From positions 36,889-100,888 of the forward strand of contig CAIXBQ010000103.1 in NCBI GenBank assembly GCA_903917705.1: 64,000 nt of DNA. The letters run 5' to 3'. The position numbers were made by a program, and so were the translations under genes. Within the stretch, counting starts at the first letter, position 1, and each line of letters starts with the position of its first letter. This stretch comes from an uncultured Verrucomicrobia subdivision 3 bacterium. Its GTDB lineage: Bacteria > Verrucomicrobiota > Verrucomicrobiia > Limisphaerales > UBA11358. The notes below the pieces were generated by a model. That model was not told the origin of the DNA, made no database searches, and was given only the letters and a program-made list of their open reading frames with translations. Below, piece by piece: positions 8,708 through 17,288 of the stretch.

Positions 8708-11700
8708 GTGGAACCACCCAGCCCAATCATGTCTCCCGCCGCCGGCGATCGCCTTCTGCGCTTTGTCGGCGATAAAATTATCTTTTCAATCCGCGCCGAT
8801 AGTTTTGCCGTGCCAAATAATTGGTCAGCACGCCTTCGCACCAATCTTGGTCGGGCTGCGGTCCGCCGCCGCGAAATCATTGCCGCCCACGCCGGCGGGG
8901 CGGTTGCCGCCGGCGCATCCTGGCGCGACGTGCCGATGCAAAAAAGCGCCACCGGTTGGCAGATCGAGCTACCGCTTGCTGAAGTCGGATATTTCAAGGC
9001 CAAAGCCTATCTGCTCGATGAAAAAAACTGGCAGCATTGGCCGGCGGGTTCCGATGTCGGAATTTCTGTCCATCCCAACTTTGCCCGGACGGCAAACACG
9101 ATTTATTGTGCCTTTACGCGGCTATTCGGCGCGACAAAAAACCTTTCTTCAACCGCCGCCGAAAAATTAGAAGCCCAGCTTAAATCGCTCGAAGTGCTTG
9201 GTTACGCCACGCTGCCGCCGTCGGGGACGTTCCGCGACCTCGCAGCTCAGCTGCCGCATATTGTCAACAGGCTTGGCTGCCGGATCATTCATCTTTTGCC
9301 GGTTCATCCGACGCCCACGACTTATGCGCGTTTCGGGCGCTATGGCAGTCCGTATGCCGCGCTGGATTTGACCGCCGTGGATCCAGCGCTCGTGGAATTT
9401 GATAAGCGTACCACGGGCATTGAACAATTCTGCGAACTTACCTGCGCCGCGCACATGCTCGGGGCGCGCGTGTTTATTGACATCGTCATCAACCACACTG
9501 GCTGGGGCTCGACGTTGCAGGAGAATCACCCGGAATTTTTCCTGAAAAATTCCACCGGTAATTTCGCCAGCCCTGGCGCGTGGGGCACCGTCTGGGAAGA
9601 TCTTGTCGAACTTGAACAGCACGATGTCAAACTTTGGGACCTCATCGCCGATTCGCTGCTTACGTGGTGCCGGCGGGGGGTGGACGGTTTCCGCTGCGAT
9701 GCCGGCTATAAAGTCCCCGTTCCCGCGTGGCAATACATCGTGGCCCGAGTGCAGGAGGATTTTCCTGGAACCATTTTTCTGCTTGAAGGCCTCGGTGGTT
9801 CGTGGGAAGCCACGGAACTGCTATTGACCGAAGGCGGTATGCAGTGGGCCTACTCCGAGTTATTCCAAAATTATTCCGGCCGGGATGTGGCGGGCTATCT
9901 CGACTACGCTATTCGCCAGAATGATCGCGTCGGCAGCTACGTCCACTACAGTGAAACACACGACAATGATCGCCTCGCCAAAAAAGGTCGCGCATGGTCG
10001 CTGCTGCGAAACCAGCTTTGCGCGCTCTCAAGTCCGAGCGGAGGCTTCGGCTTCACTTGCGGCGTGGAATGGCTCGCGGCAGAGAAAATAAAAGTCCATG
10101 GCAATACTGGTTTGTACTGGGATAACCACCACAATATCGTCCCCGAACTGGCGCACCTGAACCAACTTGTCTCCAACCATCCCTGTTTTTTTGATGGAGC
10201 GAAACTCACGCGCCTGAGCGCGCCTGACTCACCCGTTTATGCGCTGCTCCGCGAATCGGCTGACGGCCGGGATGCCGTCTTGGTTCTCATCAATACCGAC
10301 ATGGAAAATGAGAACCCGCTCGCGCTGGATACTTCGGGTGTCCGCCTGCCGCTATCAGATTTTACGCATGACCTGCTCGGCCGGTCGTACCCGGAATGTT
10401 CCGCCAACAAGGGCAAACTCATCTTCACGCTTCCGCCAGGCTCGGCCTTTTGTCTCTCGCCAACGCAAAAGCCCGCCGGTTTGAATGGTGACGATTACCG
10501 ATGTCTTCGTGCCCAGGCCGCCTGGGCGATGGAATCACTGAATCAAATTATCCCCGCCGAAGTCGTGGACGGGTTTGATTGGCGCTGGCTCGCGGAACAA
10601 GTTGTACGTTCGCCAAAGAATTTTCTCGCGGCCGCCAGCGAGTTCGTCGTCCGGGCCGCCCAGATTTCACTCGTTGATATATTGCGAGAAGCTGAAGCCG
10701 GGAAAGTATTTCCATGCGTGGTTGTCTGGACGATGCTCGACGCATGGCGCGTCACGCTGGTGCCGCCTGGTCACTGGCTTTTGGTTGAAGATTCCGTGCC
10801 CTTCCGGGCAACGCTGGCGTCACAGAATTCAGCGGTTCACCTGCAATCCATCGCCGTTGGCGACCGCCACATTGCCAGCTTCGCGCCGCGTGAATCAGCG
10901 ACAGATGCCGAATTGAAATTGGAACGATACGCGGCAACCTCGCAACAGATTCCGGCGGTCGTTCGCTATCTCGCGTCTGAACCGCTGCTTTTGACTGCCC
11001 GCGCTCGTTTGCCTGTACCTGACGCCGTGGTTTTGCTGACCAACGGTATTGGAGGTATGGCGCGGCTCTGTGTTGACTTGGGTCGCGTGAATTCAAAGTA
11101 TGATTGCGTTCTTGGCGCAAACTTGAGTCCCACCATGCCGGTGGATCGCCATGTGTTCGTGAAGCGCATCCGCGCCTGGGTAAACGCTGATGGGTTTCTT
11201 TCGCCCCTCAATTTCAAAAACCTCTCGTCGTTCCAGCCCGGTTCACCTGCCGCATGGAATTTTGTGGCGAATGCCGGGGACGGGCGCACGGTGGAAATTG
11301 AACTTCGAGCGGAAATGCTTGAAGGCAAGAACACCACGGTCTTTAATTTCCGCCGCCCACCGGAAAACCTCGCGTGTGGTAAACAACTGCCAATTGCTGC
11401 TGATGTACGCCTGACCGTGCGGGTGGACATCGAAGACCGGAATTTTCACTGCGAGACCAAGCGCAACGGCGGTGCGGATTTTCATTTCTCATCGAATATC
11501 AGGGAAATCAAAGATTCAATCGCCGCGTCAAAATTGGATGACAGCTGGAATTTGAAGTTGAAAGGCTGTGACGGATTTGAATTCACACCTGCAGCGGATC
11601 GTCATTTGAGTGTGTTTGCCGATGCGGGCGAATACCACCCACAGCCGGAATGGTGCGAAAACATCCCGCATCCCGTGGAACAGACGCGCGGCCAGAACGG

Positions 11701-13114
11701 CAGCGGCGATGCCTACAGTCCCGGCTGGTTTGAACTGCCGCTGGCGAAAGGCGAAACCGTCAAACTCGTAGCCACGGCGGAAACGGGAAGTCCCGGAGAC
11801 ATTTTATTCGCAATGGGTCGTTGTCAAACAGACGCCGGCGACTCGTTTATTTCACGATTAATCCAAGCTGCGGTGCAATTCGTTGTTCGTCGTGATGATC
11901 GCAAGACGGTCATAGCTGGCTATCCATGGTTTCTTGATTGGGGCCGTGATTCGCTGATCTGCGCTCGCGGACTGGTGGCGGCAGGAATGATTGACGAGGT
12001 AAAACAACTGCTGCTCACGTTTGCCAGGTTTGAAAAGGACGGCACACTGCCGAACACTATTCACGGCAACGATGTTTCCAACCGCGACACTTCGGATGCG
12101 CCGCTGTGGTTTGCCGTGGTTTGCGAGGAATTTTCCGAGGTAATCAATAATTCACCTGCAAGTACGAGAGGAAATGCCCAAGCCCAATTAAAGCTTAAAA
12201 AATTCTTCGACACGTCCGTGGATGAAAGTGGCCGCACCATCTGCGACGTGTTGACGAGCATCGCGGACAATTATTCCAAAGGCACGCCTAACGGCATTAG
12301 CATGGACGCAGATTCGGCGTTGATCTGGAGTCCGGGCCATTTCACTTGGATGGATACGAATCATCCCGCCGGCACGCCACGTGAAGGTTATCCGGTCGAG
12401 ATTCAAGTGCTGTGGATGCGCCTGCTCCGGCTGTTGGTAAAAATCAGCAACCCGTCCGATCAAGGGAAATGGCGCGAGCTCGCCGACCACGCGACGGCTT
12501 CATTTGAAAAACTATTCTGGCTTGAGGACAAAGGCTGGTTTGCCGATGTGCTGGTGGCCAGACCGCGTGTTATCGCACGGGATGCGCTGGCCAGCGATGC
12601 GCTGCGGAGTAATTGCCTTTTCGCCATCAGTCTTGGTCTGGTCGCCGGCGAACGCGCAAAACGCTGCGTCGAGGCGGCACAGAAATATCTCATCGTGCCG
12701 GGCGCCCTGCGATCACTGGCGCCGCTGCCGGTGGCGGTGCCTTTGCCGGTTTACCGCAATGGCCAGATCATCAATAATCCATCGGAACCATACTGGCCGC
12801 GTTACGAAGGAGATGAAGACACGCGCCGCAAGCCGGCGTATCACAACGGCACGGCTTGGACATGGACATTTCCAACGTTTTGCGAGGCACTAGCGGCAGC
12901 GTGGGATCATTCTCCTTCTGCGGTCGCGGCGGCGAAAAGTTATCTGGGAAGTTCGGAAAGATTTCTCCAGGAAGGCTGTCTTGGCCAGATCCCTGAAATT
13001 CTCGACGGCGATGTCCCCCACACGCCGCGTGGATGTGACGCGCAAGCGTGGGGCGTGACGGAGGTATTGCGGGTGTGGAAAGGATTGAATTCGCAATGCT
13101 CGCAGGCAAAATGA
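8708..13114 (+). CDS. Fusion protein: N-terminal GH13 alpha-amylase-family catalytic domain plus C-terminal amylo-alpha-1,6-glucosidase (GDE_C, six-hairpin) domain
   Basis: All four GH13 regions are present: DIVINH (9479-9496), GFRCDAGYK with Asp at 9698-9700, FLLEGLGG with Glu at 9785-9787, and YSETHDNDR (His-Asp at 9959-9964). The C-terminal part has GYPWFLDWGRDSLICARGL and GYPVEIQVLW, typical of debranching-enzyme glucosidase domains. No signal peptide. The start could instead be 8729. Confidence 0.8.
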   Translation: MEPPSPIMSPAAGDRLLRFVGDKIIFSIRADSFAVPNNWSARLRTNLGRAAVRRREIIAAHAGGAVAAGASWRDVPMQKSATGWQIELPLAEVGYFKAKAYLLDEKNWQHWPAGSDVGISVHPNFARTANTIYCAFTRLFGATKNLSSTAAEKLEAQLKSLEVLGYATLPPSGTFRDLAAQLPHIVNRLGCRIIHLLPVHPTPTTYARFGRYGSPYAALDLTAVDPALVEFDKRTTGIEQFCELTCAAHMLGARVFIDIVINHTGWGSTLQENHPEFFLKNSTGNFASPGAWGTVWEDLVELEQHDVKLWDLIADSLLTWCRRGVDGFRCDAGYKVPVPAWQYIVARVQEDFPGTIFLLEGLGGSWEATELLLTEGGMQWAYSELFQNYSGRDVAGYLDYAIRQNDRVGSYVHYSETHDNDRLAKKGRAWSLLRNQLCALSSPSGGFGFTCGVEWLAAEKIKVHGNTGLYWDNHHNIVPELAHLNQLVSNHPCFFDGAKLTRLSAPDSPVYALLRESADGRDAVLVLINTDMENENPLALDTSGVRLPLSDFTHDLLGRSYPECSANKGKLIFTLPPGSAFCLSPTQKPAGLNGDDYRCLRAQAAWAMESLNQIIPAEVVDGFDWRWLAEQVVRSPKNFLAAASEFVVRAAQISLVDILREAEAGKVFPCVVVWTMLDAWRVTLVPPGHWLLVEDSVPFRATLASQNSAVHLQSIAVGDRHIASFAPRESATDAELKLERYAATSQQIPAVVRYLASEPLLLTARARLPVPDAVVLLTNGIGGMARLCVDLGRVNSKYDCVLGANLSPTMPVDRHVFVKRIRAWVNADGFLSPLNFKNLSSFQPGSPAAWNFVANAGDGRTVEIELRAEMLEGKNTTVFNFRRPPENLACGKQLPIAADVRLTVRVDIEDRNFHCETKRNGGADFHFSSNIREIKDSIAASKLDDSWNLKLKGCDGFEFTPAADRHLSVFADAGEYHPQPEWCENIPHPVEQTRGQNGSGDAYSPGWFELPLAKGETVKLVATAETGSPGDILFAMGRCQTDAGDSFISRLIQAAVQFVVRRDDRKTVIAGYPWFLDWGRDSLICARGLVAAGMIDEVKQLLLTFARFEKDGTLPNTIHGNDVSNRDTSDAPLWFAVVCEEFSEVINNSPASTRGNAQAQLKLKKFFDTSVDESGRTICDVLTSIADNYSKGTPNGISMDADSALIWSPGHFTWMDTNHPAGTPREGYPVEIQVLWMRLLRLLVKISNPSDQGKWRELADHATASFEKLFWLEDKGWFADVLVARPRVIARDALASDALRSNCLFAISLGLVAGERAKRCVEAAQKYLIVPGALRSLAPLPVAVPLPVYRNGQIINNPSEPYWPRYEGDEDTRRKPAYHNGTAWTWTFPTFCEALAAAWDHSPSAVAAAKSYLGSSERFLQEGCLGQIPEILDGDVPHTPRGCDAQAWGVTEVLRVWKGLNSQCSQAK

Positions 13115-13118
13115 CGTC

Positions 13119-13604
13119 ATGAATTTTCGCAGCAAAATCATCACGTGGGACAAGTTATCGGAGTGGCGAAAGGCTGTCCGGGCGAGCGGCAAACAACTGG
13201 TGGTCACGAATGGCTGCTTTGATATCTTGCACCTCGGCCACGTCACCTATCTGGAGAACGCCCGCAACTTCGGCGACGCGTTGCTTATTGGCGTGAACAG
13301 CGACGCGGCCGTGCGCGGCCTAAAAGGGGCCGGGCGGCCGGTAAATTCCGAGACAGATCGTGCGGCAATCCTCGCGGCGCTGCAAAGCGTGGACGGAGTC
13401 TGTGTTTTCACAGACACGGCCGCCACAAAATTTCTCGCCGCTGCGCAACCGGACATCTATGTCAAGGGCGGTGATTACACCCTGGAAACGTTGAATCAGG
13501 ACGAACGACGCGCGGTCGAGTCGTCCGGCGGTAAAATTGTTCTCGTACCCTTTGTCCCCGGGAAGTCCACGACTTCGCTGCTGGAAAAAATATCGCGGCT
13601 GTGA
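13119..13604 (+). CDS. hldC: D-glycero-beta-D-manno-heptose-1-phosphate adenylyltransferase (stand-alone RfaE domain II)
   Basis: NGCFDILHLGHVTYLENARNFGDALLIGVNSDAAVRGLKGAGRPV...VKGGDY matches the cytidylyltransferase-like RfaE/HldE C-terminal domain. It starts 4 nt after the upstream stop. Confidence 0.85.
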   Translation: MNFRSKIITWDKLSEWRKAVRASGKQLVVTNGCFDILHLGHVTYLENARNFGDALLIGVNSDAAVRGLKGAGRPVNSETDRAAILAALQSVDGVCVFTDTAATKFLAAAQPDIYVKGGDYTLETLNQDERRAVESSGGKIVLVPFVPGKSTTSLLEKISRL

Positions 13605-14665
13605 AAATTCTGGTTATTTCCATGGCCGGCATAGGCGACACCCTGATCGCCACGCCGTTTCTGCACGAACTGCGCGCTAATTTCCCCGACGCGACCATTG
13701 ACGTGCTGGCCATGTGGGCCGGTTCGAGGGATTTGTTGGAGAGCAATCCGCACGTCAGCCGGGTCTTCCAGAAAAACCTGATGAAATGCGGGAAGCTGGA
13801 GGCATTGCGGTTTCTCTGGTCGCTGCGGCGCGAGCACTATCAACTGTCCATTAACACCCATCCGCAGAGCCGTATTCATTACCGTTTAGCGGCTTTTATC
13901 GCAGGTGCGCAGGTGCGCATCAGTCACGAATACGAGTGTTTTAACTGGCTGGACCGCTGGCTTGTCACCGGCACGCTGGCGCAGGATTATTCACGCCATT
14001 CCATTGAAAACAATTTCGACGTGCTGCCGCTCATTGGTGCGAAGCAAAAGCTGCCGACGCATGAAATGGAATTTTACCTGACGCCCGCCGAGGAACGGTT
14101 TGCCGATGATTTCCTGGCGAAACACCAATTGTCCGGGCAGAAGATTCTGGGCATCCATGTCGGTTCCGGCGGCACAAAAAATCTACCGTTGAAACGCTGG
14201 CCGTTAAAAAATCACGCCGGGCTGGTCCGGCAGTTGAACAAGGAACGCCCGGATATCCGCGTGCTCCTGTTCGGCGGCCCGGAAGAGGCGAAAGATCATC
14301 AGGTCGTGCTGGCGCAGGCAAGCCCCGATCTGACCCTGGAAGCGAAGACGAAAAATCTGCGGGAAACCGCGGCGCTGATGAGGCGGTGCAGTTCGTTTTT
14401 AAGCGTGGACACGGCGCTGATGCACATCGCGGCGGCGGTGAAGGTGCCCAATCAGATCGTCATCGAGGCCCCGACGCTGAATGTGACGAACTGGCCTTAT
14501 GGAAATAACTTCACGCTCGTCAAGAATCCCGCAGTGAACGGGCGCGGGTTGGACTTTTACCGCTACGACGGCGGCGACATCAAGGGCACCCGCGAGGAAT
14601 TGATCGCCTGCATGGAGTCGGTAAAGGTTGCGGATGTCTTTGCGGCGGTGACGAAGCTGATTTAA
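13601..14665 (+). CDS. Glycosyltransferase family 9 (heptosyltransferase-like)
   Basis: N-terminus MKILVISMAGIGDTLIATPFLHELRANFPDA and VDTALMHIAAAV are typical of GT9. The GTG start overlaps the hldC stop (GTGA). Confidence 0.8.
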   Translation: MKILVISMAGIGDTLIATPFLHELRANFPDATIDVLAMWAGSRDLLESNPHVSRVFQKNLMKCGKLEALRFLWSLRREHYQLSINTHPQSRIHYRLAAFIAGAQVRISHEYECFNWLDRWLVTGTLAQDYSRHSIENNFDVLPLIGAKQKLPTHEMEFYLTPAEERFADDFLAKHQLSGQKILGIHVGSGGTKNLPLKRWPLKNHAGLVRQLNKERPDIRVLLFGGPEEAKDHQVVLAQASPDLTLEAKTKNLRETAALMRRCSSFLSVDTALMHIAAAVKVPNQIVIEAPTLNVTNWPYGNNFTLVKNPAVNGRGLDFYRYDGGDIKGTREELIACMESVKVADVFAAVTKLI

Positions 14666-15385
14666 TCAGAGCGTAAATCCAGCCGCCTGCGCATCGCTGG
14701 CGAACATCTTCACGGTATCGAGCGAGAGTTCTGCCAGATCCATGCCGGCCATTTTCATCGACTTGCCTAGAATATCGTGCGGCACGGTGACGATGTGAGT
14801 GCCGCAGTCGTTTGCCTGGAAAATGTTCAGCACCTCCCGGACGCTCGCCCAGAGCAGTTCCGCCCGGGGCAGATCTTTAAGAATCGTTTTGCTCTGGGTC
14901 ATGATGGCGACCGGATCAACGCCTGTGTCCGCGATGCGTCCGGCAAAAACGGAGACGACGGCGGGGGCTCTTGGATTCAATGCCGCCGCCACGCCGCTGA
15001 CCTGTTCCAAAGTTAAAATTGCGGTGACATTCAGCTTCACGCCTTCGTGCGCTAGTTCTTTGATGAGCGGCAGCGACGATTCCTGGCGCGTGTTGGTAAT
15101 GGGGATTTTGACGTAAACATTCTTACCCCAGCCGTTGATTTTCAGCGCCTGTCGTTTCATCTCGGAAAATTCGTCGGAAAACACTTCGAGCGACAGCGGT
15201 TTGACCGTGATGGTCTGCAAAATATCGCGAGCGAAGGCCTCAAAATCCGTAAGGCCGGCCTTGCGCATCAGCGTCGGATTGGTGGTCAGGCCCTGAATGA
15301 GCGGATTGGCATTGAGCTGGAGCATGCCGGCTTTGTCCGCGCCGTCGGCGAAAATCTTTATGGTGAGGTCTTTGAGGGTTCGCAT
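14666..15385 (-). CDS. Short-form transaldolase / fructose-6-phosphate aldolase family protein
   Basis: IKIFADGAD, GLTTNPTLMRKAG, and the Schiff-base lysine region NVYVKIPIT. Confidence 0.8.
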   Translation of the reverse strand: MRTLKDLTIKIFADGADKAGMLQLNANPLIQGLTTNPTLMRKAGLTDFEAFARDILQTITVKPLSLEVFSDEFSEMKRQALKINGWGKNVYVKIPITNTRQESSLPLIKELAHEGVKLNVTAILTLEQVSGVAAALNPRAPAVVSVFAGRIADTGVDPVAIMTQSKTILKDLPRAELLWASVREVLNIFQANDCGTHIVTVPHDILGKSMKMAGMDLAELSLDTVKMFASDAQAAGFTL

Positions 15386-15387
15386 GA

Positions 15388-15957
15388 TTAATATGTTTTG
15401 GATTGGCTCAAGATAATGTCCACCGCCCCGGCTAAATTGCGAGCCGAAAAATCAGGTTTCCGCTTCAAATCTTCGGCGTAACCCCGGTCAATGAAAATGG
15501 TTTTACAACCGGCGGCATGGCCGCAGTCCACGTCGCGCCAGCGGTCGCCCACCATCCAGCTTTGTGTCAGATCAATGCCGAGTTCGCGCGCGGCGCGGCG
15601 CAACATCCCCGGTTTGGGTTTGCGGCAATCGCAGTCGGACAAGCCCTGACCGGCATGAAAACAAACCTCCACGTGGTCAATCGGCAAATGCGCCGTCATG
15701 TACGCATGGATCGTATCAACGATTCCTTTCGACAGGGTGCCGCGGCCGACATCCGGCTGATTGGTGGCAACCACCAACAGATAGCCGGCGGTCTTCAGCC
15801 TGGCGCAAGCGGCGGGAACCTCGGGAAGAATTTCAAATTCAGCGAGACTTGTGGGCGGATACGGCTTCTCATCGCGTTCCAAGGCGCGATTAACAACCCC
15901 ATCGCGGTCGAGGAAAACGGCGCGGCAACCAGCCGCTTTCACTTCGTACTTTCCCAT
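15388..15957 (-). CDS. gmhB: D,D-heptose 1,7-bisphosphate phosphatase (HAD-IIIA)
   Basis: VFLDRDGVVN, VATNQPDVGRG, zinc-site pattern VCFHAGQGLSDCDCRKPKPGM, and MVGDRWRD. Confidence 0.88.
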   Translation of the reverse strand: MGKYEVKAAGCRAVFLDRDGVVNRALERDEKPYPPTSLAEFEILPEVPAACARLKTAGYLLVVATNQPDVGRGTLSKGIVDTIHAYMTAHLPIDHVEVCFHAGQGLSDCDCRKPKPGMLRRAARELGIDLTQSWMVGDRWRDVDCGHAAGCKTIFIDRGYAEDLKRKPDFSARNLAGAVDIILSQSKTY

Positions 15958-16535
15958 TTTGTCGGCGCGACTTTGAGCTTGGGATGGGACACGAACAAAT
16001 GCCAGATGACCGCCTGAAACGCCTCGCTGTGCGGCGTGACGTGCGTTGGATTCACGGTTGGCACAATCACGCAGGCGGTCGCCTCCTTTGCGGTGTAACC
16101 GCCGTCGCGTCCGACAATGCCGATGACCGACGCCCCGACTTTTTTGGCGAGCTGAATGGCGCTGACCAGATTCGGGCTGACGTTTTTTTCAAGGCTGCCG
16201 CCGCCGACGGAGAAAATCAGCAGGCCGTCTTTGGCGCCGAGGCGACTGCCCTTGAGCCATTCGGCGAAAATCGTCGGCCAGCCTTCGTCATTGGTGCGCG
16301 CGGTGAGTTCGGAGACATTATCCGTGGGCGCGTAGGCTTCGAAGCCGCAGATTTTGCGAAAATCGTTCACCGCGTGACCGGCGTTGCCGGCGCTGCCGCC
16401 GACGCCAAGAATGAACAGCCGGCCGCCACGCTCCCGGATGGCGGCCAGTTCGCCCGCGCATTTTTCAATCGCGTTCACATCCAGTTGCGCGGTGACTTGC
16501 TGGACCTCGGTCAAAAATTGTCTGGCAAAACTCAT
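15939..16535 (-). CDS. gmhA: Phosphoheptose (sedoheptulose-7-phosphate) isomerase
   Basis: SIS domain: LFILGVGGSAGNAGHAVNDF and LLIFSVGGGS. Confidence 0.88.
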   Translation of the reverse strand: MSFARQFLTEVQQVTAQLDVNAIEKCAGELAAIRERGGRLFILGVGGSAGNAGHAVNDFRKICGFEAYAPTDNVSELTARTNDEGWPTIFAEWLKGSRLGAKDGLLIFSVGGGSLEKNVSPNLVSAIQLAKKVGASVIGIVGRDGGYTAKEATACVIVPTVNPTHVTPHSEAFQAVIWHLFVSHPKLKVAPTKWESTK

Positions 16536-16580
16536 GGGAATGACAAATTACATTTTTCGAAGGCCGAAAGAAAGCAGACT

Positions 16581-17288
16581 TTAACGGGGGTTCAAGATGG
16601 TTTCCAGTTCCGCCAGGCCCGCTGGCGAACCCATTTCATAAAACCGATCACGGACCTCGTAGCCGGCGAGCTGTTTTTTACGGAGGAGGCCGGCCATGAC
16701 TTCGGCCAGGTCAAAAGCCCGATCGGAGGCATATTCGTCGAAGGCCGACGCCTGGAACATGCTTAAGCCGTAATCAATATGATGCATCTCCGGCAGCTTC
16801 GCCTTTTTATCGTAGACCACGATTTCGCCATTCCGGAAAATGACGTTGCTCGCATCGTATTTTCCTTCGTTACAATAAACGGTCATCAAGCCCTGCCGGC
16901 CGCGGCGGTGAAAGGTTTCGGCGACCGGCGCGTATTGAACCGGCAAATACGAATCGCCGTAGAGAATAAAAAACTCGTCACCGAGCCTGGGCAATGCGCG
17001 TTTGATCGCGCCACCGGTGCCGAGCAGCTTATCGCCGTCGAAGGAATAATCCAACTTCACGCCAAAGGCTTCGGCGCCGAAATCGCGCTGGATCAATTCG
17101 CCGAGATGGCCGATGCATAAAACCGCCCGGCGAATGCCGCGCGCGTGGAGCATTTCCAACTGGTGGGCGAGAAACGGGCGACCGGCGACGGGCACGAGCG
17201 ATTTGGGAATCCGTTCCGTGATGGGCCGCAGCCGCGTGGCCAGCCCGCCGGCAAGAATGGCAACCGGAATTTCCAGCGGCTGGTTCAC
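16581..17288 (-). CDS. hddC: Sugar-1-phosphate nucleotidyltransferase, D-glycero-alpha-D-manno-heptose-1-P guanylyltransferase-like
   Basis: VAILAGGLATRLRPITERIPKSLVPVAGRPFL glycine-rich loop. Its ~235-aa size and position between hddA and gmhA fit hddC. Confidence 0.75.
   Translation of the reverse strand: MNQPLEIPVAILAGGLATRLRPITERIPKSLVPVAGRPFLAHQLEMLHARGIRRAVLCIGHLGELIQRDFGAEAFGVKLDYSFDGDKLLGTGGAIKRALPRLGDEFFILYGDSYLPVQYAPVAETFHRRGRQGLMTVYCNEGKYDASNVIFRNGEIVVYDKKAKLPEMHHIDYGLSMFQASAFDEYASDRAFDLAEVMAGLLRKKQLAGYEVRDRFYEMGSPAGLAELETILNPR

Noticed and set aside
8708-8728. Exact start of the GH13/GDE fusion
   Set aside because: Both ATG 8708 (MEPPSPIMSP..) and ATG 8729 (MSPAAGD..) are possible, and no clear RBS distinguishes them. 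The longer form is listed.
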